This document shows positions 1 through 11,421 of a DNA stretch of 64,000 bases, one piece after another (positions within the stretch are counted from its first letter, which is position 1; each line of letters opens with the position of its first letter). Location of the stretch: the NCBI GenBank assembly GCA_964199315.1, contig OZ116698.1:2480001-2544000 (forward strand). The letters run 5' to 3'. The notes beneath the pieces are model-generated. The model had not been told where the DNA came from and searched no databases. It saw only the letters and a list, made by a program, of their open reading frames with translations. A program made the translations under genes and the position numbers. This DNA comes from Orbicella franksi (lineage: Eukaryota).

Positions 1-55
1 ACAGTGTCCCCAGTTAGCACATTAGTGCTAAATACATCGACACTTAAATAAAGTG

Positions 56-121
<66 letters not shown>
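56..121 (+). repeat. (ATT)n microsatellite, probably the tail of a non-LTR retroelement whose 3' end occupies 1-55
   Basis: About 22 perfect ATT units directly after ...cacttAAATAAAgtg. Confidence 0.85.
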
Positions 122-1078
122 TAAGTACATTGCTGTATCTTGTGGTTTCTGTTATACTACTTCAACAAAAACAGAACAACAACAAAAAAAGAAACTGAAC
201 TTGTCTTTGGTCACTTCTATATATACTCAACTGACGCAGCGCGGTCTCGTTCAAAACCTAAAACCTGAGGTGAAATTAAGGCATTCTGCCTTGGTGCTAG
301 TTTAGTGATTCAGACCTACGCCACTTTCGACTTTTGTACTGTTTCGCATTTTTTCTATGGGTTAGGATAATCGGAAATCTAATGTCTGACTTTAAAACTT
401 CCCTGGTGAACATGGCAGTACCTAAGGCGCCATAACGTTTAACTTACCAAACCATGGCTACGGCAAATTCCATTCTGTGAGAGCAATGGCTTTGCATTTT
501 GTTCACATGTAATTTTATGCAAATCAGAAAAGCTCGTGAAAAGGCTTACTTGCCCGCTGGCTCCTCTGCGTTTTCTTTGCACCTGTGATCCCTTGTGTGT
601 GAAAGAGGATAACTGTAAAAATACTCGATTTGTCTTTTCATAGTACACTGGACGAGAAGGCAAACGACGAAAGTAGAACCCGCACTCTTAAAGTTAATAA
701 TATTGCTTTTTTGCTATGCATAAGGATTTTCTCGATTTGCATTGTATAAATAAGTAATTACAAATTTCTACAGGAAATATAAAATCTTATTTTTTACGTC
801 TCTCCATAATAACTAAGCTTAAAAATATACAATGAAAGTGATTGAGAAGGCAAATCAAAATATTAAAGTAAACAGACGAAAAGTACTTTCCACGATTCCA
901 CAACCTGGCAGATGTCGACAACGTACAAAATCTTTGAAAGTAAATTGCACACCGCAACTAGTACATAAACTGAGTACTCAGAATTTCTAGTTATAATTAA
1001 ATTTATTACATGAAGAATCACTTTTGAGTCGCTTCTGGGACACTTTGGAGAAGACTCCATTCCGTTTTTCTAAAAAGA

Positions 1079-2128
1079 TCACAAATTAAGTCGCGCACGT
1101 CTCAGTAAACTTCTAAAGTACATAAACACTGGTGAAAATAATTCCATGCAGTTTCTGCGGAATACAGAACTGAAAAATGAGTAGACAAAAGCATTAGCTG
1201 TGCTGTTGACAAGCATAAGATAGTAAGCTACTATAGCGAATTCCTTTGGTACTGTCACAGACACTGCAATTAACAGTAGGTATGTAGCAAAGGGCACCGA
1301 ACACAAAACAAAGATGGCGGTTAATAAGAGCACAATAAATACGACTCCTCCTCTTCCCTGGTCATTCGGGCGACGAAACTTTCGGAAAAGTCTTGACCCT
1401 TGACTTTGCAGTAGTGACCGCACAACAGCGATATTGGCGGCCACGATAAAAATAAGTGGAACAAGAAAGGTTGCTGACAAAGTCATCAGAAGCATCACTG
1501 TAATATCGGTACCTTGAATATAGTCGTACGAACAAAACGGAATAATTCCTCGCCCGCAAAATCGTGCTTCCTGCCTCGTTAAGAAGTAAAAATCCGGTAG
1601 AGTGAAGATAAGAGAATAATACCAAGAAAATACAACCATAAGAACTGTTCTGCGAGTATTAACATCAAAATCAAATGGTTTGACAACAGCCAGGTAACGT
1701 TCTGCTGTAACACAGCATATCAGGCAGGACGAGGCAGACAGTGTAGTCCAAGATAAGCCGCCAATGAGTTTACAAACAGGTGTTATGGAAGCCTTTGAAT
1801 CGATCCCTACGAATTCGTAAATGTTGTAGATAATACAAACAGCCATGTCGGCCACACATAGGTTCTGGATGAGGAGTTTCATTGCCCCAGAATGATCTCC
1901 GCTCCGCTTCATCCGCTGTAAAACGATTATGACGAGCAAATTCCCTAGAACCGATATGATTAGCAACAATTTACTGAGCACCACTTCTACCACCGAATGC
2001 CAAGTGTCTGGCGGTATTATGCATCCGCAAAATTGTTCAAAAGCTCGCCTTTCCTTGTCTGATTCTGGAAAAGTTGAGCCTTCACAGTTGTAAGGACCTT
2101 GGGCTGAACTGTTCATCGTGGTGTTCAT
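1079..2128 (-). CDS. Intronless class A (rhodopsin-like) G protein-coupled receptor, ~349 aa, orphan
   Basis: Part of ORF 1079..2302; the likely ATG is 2128 (MNTTMNSS, two N-glycosylation sequons). Seven hydrophobic segments with GN in TM1, LCVAD in TM2, C...ERY in TM3, W in TM4, an ECL2 Cys, FLVP in TM5, CSVP in TM6 and NSTANAFVY in TM7. Confidence 0.9.
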   Translation of the reverse strand: MNTTMNSSAQGPYNCEGSTFPESDKERRAFEQFCGCIIPPDTWHSVVEVVLSKLLLIISVLGNLLVIIVLQRMKRSGDHSGAMKLLIQNLCVADMAVCIIYNIYEFVGIDSKASITPVCKLIGGLSWTTLSASSCLICCVTAERYLAVVKPFDFDVNTRRTVLMVVFSWYYSLIFTLPDFYFLTRQEARFCGRGIIPFCSYDYIQGTDITVMLLMTLSATFLVPLIFIVAANIAVVRSLLQSQGSRLFRKFRRPNDQGRGGVVFIVLLLTAIFVLCSVPFATYLLLIAVSVTVPKEFAIVAYYLMLVNSTANAFVYSFFSSVFRRNCMELFSPVFMYFRSLLRRARLNL

Positions 2129-2857
2129 CTTAACTAAGGCCGCAGGGAGAGGTTTGTCTCTTGAGATGTTTAAGAAAGTAAAATGAGGTTGTTTGTTTGC
2201 ACCAGAACGAGATGACAACCACTTAAATTTTTTCCGCTTTTTCAGTTCAATAAAGGTGGTAATGGCATCAATAAAAGCAAGCTTCAGAAACGTGCTGTAC
2301 ACAACGGAAAAATCCTTTGGTCTTTGCCGTCGTCAAATGTTTTCTTTCAAAGAGCCTTTCATTATCTTTAATGTATTCTTCTTACAAACTCACTAACGTC
2401 ATGAATAACAAATTGCAAGTTCAAGTTGACTGCAGATGAGAAAAAGCTTTCGTGATCCCGCTTATTCAAAACAAATACTTAGATTTACTTAAATATCGAT
2501 GGGACAGGAGTCATAGAAAAGTGTCTTCGTCGATAATGGTGCTATAATTGGAGTCGGTGAGTGTAGTTAAGATTTAATTTGACTGATGGGTATTTGTTTT
2601 GTTAATCCTCCAACCGAATCTTAAATGTTTTCGCATCTTTTTAAAATTCTAATTTCGTTCTGGTCAAATGACGTGACTAAACTCAGCTGGAAAACTTTAA
2701 AACAAAAACTTTAATCTATTTGAATTGTTTCCCAGGACATGGGGCCTACATTCTACACGAATACGTTTGTATTAAGATTTTACACTGCTAAATGAAAAAT
2801 CATGCGGCAAAAAGTGAACAACTTTAAACTCGATTTTACAGCGATATGATGTCGTTA

Positions 2858-5800
2858 TCACCAAGGTTCCAGTTCAGGTGAAGTCCGTTTACCTCCGCTT
2901 TCTTCAGCGTCCACTAAGTCATCCAGTCCTTCCATGGCCGCACGTAACTCGGCTTCAAGATCGAGACTCATGTCCACCCCCTCAGTAAAATCAGGAGTAC
3001 TAACAATGTCTGGCGACCCTGGGGGATGGGGAGGAGCCACAGCATCGTTATCGCGTGAATCCTCCTCTCCAGTCGTGTTAGCTTCATTAGGAATCTCTTC
3101 TTGTTGTTTTTCCGCCTCGTCCTCGTTGTGTGCAGTTTGGTCTCGGGTTATTTCATCGCTCACAGCATCTGCTGTAAGCGGATTTTGTTTGTCAATGATA
3201 GCTTCTCCATCAACAGACGAGAAAATAGTATGGCCGTGTAAGTTCTCAACCAATTCAACTACCGGACTTTGTTCAGCTTTTTCTGTTTCTGTCACCTCAA
3301 AACCTGATTGTTGATCTTTTTCTTCACTACTTCCAGTTTCGTTGTTTTGGGATTCCTGGCCTATATCAACTTCTTCCTCAACCTCTGACAGGTTAGCGAC
3401 ACCTTCCACTTGGCTTGTCCCATCAACAACACTACAAGAAGCTACACTGCTTTTCTCCTCTACCTCACTGACGGGATCAAGCCTGGATGCACTGGGAACC
3501 ATTGTGCCTACCAACAGGGCTTCCGGAGACGGGGGAGGAGGGATGGAACCACAAGTATCCCCAGAGGGAGATGATACCTGCGCGACCATTGAAAACCCTT
3601 CCTCATCGTCTAGTGTCAATTTAGCAGGTAGTGATGAATCAGACAGAATTTGTTGTACTGGCAGATCTCTGAACTCCCTTGGGGAGCTGATACGGGGAGG
3701 GGTACTCTTGGGTCTACGCAGAACACGTCTTGCTAGTGGCTGAACGGTTAAGGATTTGGGCACGCTTTCCGCCGGGGGCTGCCTAAGGGGCTTAGGGGCT
3801 CTCCGAGATGGTGTTTCTAAGAACTGAATTGGAGTCCTTGATCGAGGTGGTCTCCAAGCAGGTGCAATGTACGCTGGGAAATCTGTTGACATCTCAGGTT
3901 CTTTGACAACATTCAGCTTGCCCATCATTTTTTGACCTGCTATTCGCATTTCTTTTCTTCCATAAAGATCCCCGTGGAATTCAGCCAGAATATCCTGAGG
4001 GATGTATGTTTTACTCCCGGGGCTGGGGCTTCGTCCCGTACGTGACGGTACGTCATTCTCAATGATATTTATTATCATTCTGTCTTGTGGCCATTCTTCA
4101 GTGTCTTTCCTGGTCAATAATGGTGTGAGACTCGGGTCACGTGACAGAACCTCTTGCGTTAAAAATACTGGTTCCACAGCTATTTCATTCCCCTCCCCCT
4201 CAGGGCTGCCTAGAGCCTCACGACTTATCTCTGTTTCGTCTTGATCGTACACACTGCTTAGTGTTTCCCATCTTTTGATGTGACGTGACGTGACAGAAGT
4301 GCTATGCTCCCTGGTCTGTGGCGTCCGAGAGTAGTGCCCATATCTCTCTGGACTGATGGGCGTTGGCGCTGGGGCGTGCACTGGAGTTGGAGAATATCTG
4401 AGAGTAATGACAACAAGTTAGTGCCACTTGACAGAATTCTGCAAATCTTTATGATTTAATTGATTTTGATTTTCGAGTGGGTTTGTCTGTTTCTGAGGGA
4501 ATCTGTCATCTTTCAGCCAATCACAATCTTTTAAAAACCAACTGCGTTACTCCATTCTTCCCACACTTCACTTTGTTAATAAAGTTTTGCTGCAGTTCCG
4601 ACCAAGACACTATGACCTAGGCCATGGTCTCTTGGTTCACTTTTTTCTTTTCTAGTATTCATACAACGAATCTTTTTTATCAAACCAAGAGTCTTTTCGA
4701 AATATATACACAGTTAATAGTTCGTATAGAGTGATTATCCGCTTGAGGGAAGTTCTGAAAAGAACTGTTGTCGGTGACTGACGTTTCCACAACCTGAACG
4801 GAAGTCATCTTCAGAGTCAAGTGAATAGTGTTTGTCAGTCGATGATGTTATAAATCTGGTCCGTTGAAAATCAGTTTTTATGGTATTGGCTGTAAGACTC
4901 GTGTAAAGTTTGTCATCAGTCATTGGTCAGTTTCGATCCGTCTATTGTTAGTCAAATTGGTCGGTTTTAGGTCCGTCTTATTGTTAGTCAAATTAAGTCG
5001 GTCTGTTACAAGTCCGTTTGTCGGTTTCGTTTTCGTCGTGGATACACAGTTAAGTGGGCTACCTTACAACAGGGAGCTTACAAAAAGGTTTCGTCATAGC
5101 CACAGTAAAATAATTATGCCACGAATTGTTCTACCCACTGAACTTTCTTTGCCTTTTTTCCCACTGAACCTCTCGACCCTTAGTTTTGTTATTTTGAAAG
5201 TAAGGATAATAGATTATAACAGAAGCATATCACCTAGTCTAGGTGATATGCTTCTGATTATAATAATGGCTCTAATCAATTGTTTGATTAGCAAGTTCGA
5301 TTTTCAGGCTTGATCACCGCTTGTTTCCAGTAGTCGCCAATGCTCATGTATAGACTCTTACCTCAATGAAAGATGGCTTACCTCAGTGCTGAAGTCATAT
5401 GTCCTCTGACGGGCCAGTACTGGTTCATGTGATCGTCACTCGGTGAAACAAGTTCGCTTGCAGCCAAAGTCACATCTAGAGAGCTGCTGACCAGAGCACA
5501 CAGCTGAGAGTCTTGAGCTGCCACCTCCTCTCTTGGGGTTCCTGTGGGAGTTGGCGTGACTGATACAAGCTCAACAGGTTCCATTGCTACGCCTAAATCC
5601 AAGTTACGCGGAATAGAGTTCATACAGTGGTGTGGTTTGGCTTTGGACTGACGGTCTGAAGGAACACCGACTGAAGAAAGAGGCAACAAAACACGTCCTT
5701 GCCTTGCTGCTGTCAGTTTATCACTGACTGCTTTAATCATGCTTGACTCCAGTTTTGTGCCTTGGGTGGAGTTACCCAAGATCCTGTCACTACTCTCCTC

Positions 5801-8800
5801 ATCTGTAACTACCTCCTCCACAGGAGGGGTGAAGTGTGAGTTAATATCAATATCAAGCAACATTCGCGAGTTTTCATCAAGTACAGTTTGCTCCAGAGTC
5901 GTCGGTATTTGTTCCGATTTATTCAGGTCTTTGCTCATATCAGCTTTCACTTGTTTACCGCCTGGCAGTACCTCAGCTCTTGGACTTGAATGTTGCTTTG
6001 GTTGAACTTCTAAACCCAAAGGCAATTCTTGGTCAACTGCCATGCTATTGAAAATAGAGAAAAGAAAAGGTGAGTAAACGTACAACTGCAATCTTTTTTC
6101 TAGTGCTATAATTTCCACGCATCTTGTTTACCTAAAACGGACTTGAGGGGAGACTGAGGGGAGAGGGGATGGGGTCATGGCTGTTTTTAGGTCCTGCGGC
6201 CAGGTTACAATTGCTGCACAAGCTGAACAATTCACAAAATGAACTTCATAAAATCGAACAGACTTAATACCGAATTTTGTTTGCACTGCAGACTGATTGG
6301 CAAATTTATTTTACTCAGTCTTGTTCCTGCCATATAAGTCATACAATACACACAAGAGGACATCCAGTTTGTCAAATTCACCACAGCAAATAACATCACA
6401 ACAAAACTGACCAATCAGTTTCAACATACCAGACTTCTACCACCACCACATGAAATGCACTTACCACTTTTCAGTCAGTCACAACTCTATATTCATGAAC
6501 TACTGATACTCCTGGCTTCAAACCATTTACTACAGTATGTTGAATGAGCTATGATGTAGCTTGAAAATTACAGAAAGGCGAACATCATTAATAACTGGAT
6601 AGCTCTTTACCTTGGCTTGAGATGCTGAAGGATTCCAGCAATAACTGACTTTGGAAAGTCTCCAAAATCTTCCAGCCTACAAAAGAGATAATGTTTTCAC
6701 AAAATGTATAAACAAAGTTCATTTAATCACATTCCACTGATGTCCTGTGACAGTCAGTGAGTGAGTGTAGTTACTAGAAGAGCCAAAGTTATTAATAATC
6801 TTATGGAAACAAAGCTATATAGTAACTGTTTGTTCTCATACCCATATTTGGAGAGGTCCAGGTGCTGAACATGAACTCGGCGATGAGAGCTTGCCCGGCT
6901 TGGACTGTAAGGTAGTCCTACAGTAGGAGATCGGCGAGGCTCAGGACGTTTCTGGGAAAAGAGAGTTCAAAATAATCTCAATAGTACAGTCACGTTACTC
7001 AACCACAGAGTCAAAAAAGCATTGTAATTGAGTTAAATTTAGGCTGGCTTACAAATAGATCTAGTGGAGGTTGCAGTGGGGAGGGTTGAGGAGGGGGAGA
7101 GGGTGGGAGGACGGAAGACTGGTTGGACAGTTGGACAGTTGGTTGGATAACTTCAATTATCAACTACTATTAAACCAGAAATTATTACAATTTGTGTATC
7201 AATAATTGTCATTTTTATTATTTAATAAAACTTAAACAAATTATTCACCTTTAAATAGCCAATTACAATGTAGTCTGCCATTAGCTTGTTAGAGCATCCA
7301 CTTGTTTTAGTGCTGTCACAGGCTAGACTAGCTTTAAGGTAACTGTGAGACTTGACAAGAAGGTGAGACTGGCACTTTTTTCTTTGTGAACCGAGACATA
7401 ACGATTATTTAAATTTGAGACCGAAAATTCACAGTGTTTTAAATGCAAGCACAAGATGTTCAGACTCTAAGACATTCAGACGGTGTTTGTAAAAACAGAC
7501 AGATAAATCAGAGACAGCTTTGTGGAAAAAAATTGAGACTGCCAGATGCAGCTTGTTGTTTATAACTGCCAAAAAAAATGAGACTGCGAGACCCATGCAA
7601 TTTGATGGAAATTTTGCAAGACCCATGGTTTTTGAAGGACCATTTGCCTGCACCCCTGGCTTTGACAAGTTCTTCCAAACTTTCCCTAACTTGACACGAA
7701 GAAAGAGGAAATGTACATGTTTTCTATTTCTTTTAGACAACACTAGTATTTATTACACTAGTCTAGTAATAAATAAATATTTTTAGCCTAATATTTTTAG
7801 GCAAACGTGTGAGAAAAAAGAAAGGAAAATCAGTCTAGTTTATGAATATTAAATTCAAGCTTAAATGTTATTTGTCTTTGCTTATGCCATCATTACAATT
7901 AGTACATCAACAGCTTGTGCTGGTTATGTTTTTCCATAGAGTCATAGAGGTATAGCTCTTAGTGCATGCTTTATTTCAGGGTGTTTTCTAAAACATATTG
8001 CAGTTCAATTTCTCACTGGTTTTGTTTTCTCCATGGTAGCTGGGATCATGTCTTCTGTGACATCTTTAAATGCTATTCTATGAGGGTCTTTCCTCCTTGC
8101 AATGGACCTGAACATAAACAAGAAACAATTCTTTACTTTAAAGCAAATCATTCTTTAAATAATTAATAACACTAGTGTTAGAGAGTGCTAACCAGCAATC
8201 TCTGAATTGCTACTTGTTTATTGATCTAATTACACCAGTTGTCCAAACTATCAGGCTTTACCAGAGGTTTTACACTAAAAAAGGTTATAGCAAAGTTGAA
8301 GAAGCTAGTTTGTCAGCAGTTGTACAAATGGGAAGCAACAATGCGTGATGGTAAGTTCTGTTCAGATTGGCCATTTACCATTTACTAAAAAAACCCCAAT
8401 TTACCAAAAGATACTAAGGATCCAAGATAGCAGTGAAGAATTGCAAATGGTAAGCACATTTTCCACTTGCATATTTCATTTGGAAATTTTGGACTATATG
8501 TACCTTTCAAGATGTTCCATTTATTTCAAAAACGTTCTGGTCAGTAAAGCCAAACATGTTCAAGCTCTGGCTCAATCATTGTGTTGAGTTCTTTACGTGC
8601 TATTCAGCCAGGAGGTGTAATTTAAAACAGGTGTTGGTAAACTGCATAGTATTAAAGGCATTCATGACCAGTAATTGACTTACAACCCATCCACATAACA
8701 GAAACCAGAAATATGTAAAGCGCCAGCAGTGGCCCACTATATGTAGCTGTAAGGAACCCATAACTTTAGATTTACTCCAACCTACACAACTGTCACCTTT

Positions 8801-11042
8801 TAAGTGATAGATCCTAACTTTTTGACTTTCTTTATTTTTTAACCTTTCAGTTTACATGATAATACTTTAAACACAGAATTTTTTCACATAAATATTATAT
8901 AATTTTATTCAGCAAGTTCATACTGGTTGTAAACAAAGAAAAAACTCACCCAGTGCTTTTTGCCTTTCTCTTTTTTCTCTGCAATTGTACACATTAACAC
9001 AGGCAGTTCAATAAAAGGGAAAAAAGGAAAAAGTAATTCATTTATATTGGATGAGGTCTAAGCAAAATATGTGTATCTTGATTTGTTAGTGGTTAGCACA
9101 TCAAATATCATTTTCCCGAAGCTGAAGACTGATTTGCAAGACACGTACATGTATGTGTAAATCAGACTGTATAGACTGATTTATTATATATTAAATGACT
9201 TAAATAATCAATATAAACATAACTGTATTTACTGTGTTATTAGGCATTGTTAACAGTATTTAATTCAATCATAATAGAGGGTGGTAAAGGGGGTATAGAT
9301 CACGTTTCACGGAAAATAAAGCAGCCCTTTCACAATTCACAAAAAATACAACATTGGCATTTCACGCTTCACGGAAAATAAAAGAGAACATTTTGGAAAA
9401 TCACAGTTCACAGCGACTATGGAAATCATGATTCATGAGGAAAAAATTAGCCATTTCACATTTCACAGGAAAAAAAAGGGCCGATCATAAGTCACGAAAA
9501 TACCCTTTACCACCCTCATAATACATATGGCAATTTAGTAGCATCTCTTTTTTTGTTTACTGTAAGCATCTGTACAAGTAAGTTAAAAGAAGTAAATTAC
9601 CCTGCTGGTTTGACACCATACGAGATATGCTGAAGTAATATACACGTCCTTCCAGTCTTGTAACAGCTCATCATTTTCATACAATTCATGGACACCAACA
9701 ACTGATGCATTGCCCTTCTCATGGTGAATATCAGTGGCTTCTGAGCCAGCTTGCAATTTCTTCTTCCACAGCATGCGTTTCTGGTAATCTGTTAACACCG
9801 TTGGTGAAACAGGAGATGGACGAGGCACACAGACAGTTGGGGTGCATGAAGATGACTGACGCTGACTACTGAAAAATAGAACAAATGTCAAATACAACAT
9901 ATCCTTACACAAGCTGCTGTAAACATGAGGGAGGGCGATTGGAGAGCAGAAAAGGTCTTGACAATGTGTACCCAAGTCACAACTGAGGGTTCTTCAAGTT
10001 ACTCAACAAGTTAGTCGAGTTACTTAACAAGTATTTAACTGTACATGTACAAAGCAACTATTCCTCTTTCTTTTAAACAAAATTTAAATGGATGATGTCC
10101 TTTGTCCATCAGCCTCATAAACAACAGATGACAAGAGTGTACATTACATTGAATGACCCAAATGATGAAAGTGAAAGTTAATGACTTGTGTTGTTTTGGA
10201 ATTGGTACCTCTAAGGGGTGAAAAAATTTCAAGCCATGCCCACAAAACAGGATCTTGAGTTCTTTTCAAATGGAAGTCCACCCGGGTTTTTTTTTTCCTG
10301 CTTTAGATAGCAGCATTGATAATGCTATGATTGATTTAGCTTCATGACAACAAAACAGGGTGTTACATGTAGCAGTTTTTAAATTAACCACTGTGGAATT
10401 AACTTGGCTATTATATAATACAAAAGCTTGGAATTTGTACCTAACCTCAGATCAGGCGATAATGAGGGTAATGATGATGACCGGTGATGATATCTGTTTG
10501 ATTGTGATGTTGTACGGCCATTGATTGGTGCACTGTTCTGTCTGAGGTCTGCCTCCCCAAATGCATCAACAATTTTCAGTGTTGGAAGAGAGCCTGAAAT
10601 TCAAATAATCAATTAACAACTCTATCCTATTTCAATACTGGAAAAATGTGCTGATTAAATTTGTTTCATCTTTGATTATAATTAATTGAGTCTTGGGTAG
10701 GAACAATGGCCAATTTGTTACCGTGGAACTCTTTATAGGGCTGTCCAGGTTTGAGCCTGTGGCATTATATGTTGTGTGTTGATGGAAGTTATACATTTGC
10801 GATTTTTAGTAACTAAAAGCACAACAGCAGCTAATTTGATAGAGTCATTAAAATGATCTCACTTGCTCACCTTCGTCACTTTTCCTTCTGCTTTTAGCCA
10901 GACTATCGAAGTCTTTTTCTTCTACTGTTTCATTACTGTGAATTCCATTTCTCAGTCTAACAGCATCCTTTACTCTTTGTAAATTTGCTCTCCAACACTC
11001 AGGATGCTGGCATAAAGAACCGCACGAACTTTCACTTTTCAT
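2858..11042 (-). CDS. 10-exon gene, ~1065-aa Pro/Ser/Glu-rich protein with an N-terminal CQHPECW motif; tentatively C9orf43/DUF4647-like
   Basis: Exons (minus strand): 11042-10871, 10593-10446, 9868-9601, 8978-8950, 8107-8017, 7163-7053 (least certain), 6951-6842, 6676-6611, 6044-5382, 4397-2858. All introns are GT-AG, phases chain without stops, total 3198 nt. The family call rests on my recollection of C9orf43 motifs (CQHPxCW, LPxLxxVD, KKRK) and is not verified. Confidence 0.75.
4711..5075 (-). mobile_element. Penelope-like retroelement remnant (copy 1) carrying a minimal hammerhead ribozyme motif
   Basis: Reverse-complement homologue of 41005-41470. Contains gactCTGAAGAtgacttccgttcaggttgtgGAAAcGTCagtc at 4818-4776. 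Confidence 0.65.
9277..9517. mobile_element. MITE with terminal inverted repeats
   Basis: TIRs gagggtggtaaaggg / ccctttaccaccctc; ATAATA on both flanks (possible TSD). Confidence 0.7.
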
Positions 11043-11199
11043 TGCCGTGAATTGTGTCAAGCAGATTCTTGGTATGTTGTTAGTAGCCACAGGTTGGAAG
11101 GAAAGATTACAATACAGGTAATCTACATCTATTTGCTGGAAAAGCCATAAAAGCCGTGAAACTGCACCAACAACAACTCACAACTAGCCTTTTGCTTAC

Positions 11200-11421
11200 T
11201 GGTGACGTCACAAATCTTCCTGGCAACCGCTCGCGGGAGAATCTCACGGGACAAAGAGTTTAGAACGGGTAATCCCGTAATCAGTCGTAGACCCGCCCTT
11301 TCGCCCAGACCTTGCGCATAATTCAGAAATAGCTGCGGGAGCTTGTCACGGGAGTCGATGGTGCAGTTTCTCTTTGTACGGAGAATGAAATAACATGGTT
11401 CTTGATAATCTTTGAGTTTTT
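11200..11421. promoter_or_regulatory. Putative bidirectional promoter between the minus-strand gene and the upstream first exon of stomatin 1; perfect CRE palindrome TGACGTCA at 11203-11210
   Basis: A minus-strand donor (CCA|gtaagc) at 11200 with acceptor at 11136 defines a 5'UTR exon. The plus-strand ATG exon starts at 11422. The interval is relatively GC/CpG-rich. Confidence 0.55.

Noticed and set aside
1079-2128. GPCR as an opsin
   Set aside because: Position 7.43 (seven residues before the NPxxY Pro equivalent) is Leu; there is no retinal-binding Lys in TM7.
2129-2302. N-terminal 58 aa of the 407-aa ORF call
   Set aside because: It starts at a non-ATG codon. The first ATG (2128) gives a typical glycosylated GPCR N-terminus.
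2934-4244. Plus-strand ORFs of 80-133 aa
   Set aside because: Antisense shadows of the long minus-strand exon.
8341-8356. ATG CGT GAT G|gtaagt as another 10-nt first exon of stomatin 1
   Set aside because: Phase-compatible and similar to the short first exons of paralogues 2 and 3, but it lies inside an antisense intron with no promoter evidence and could occur by chance.
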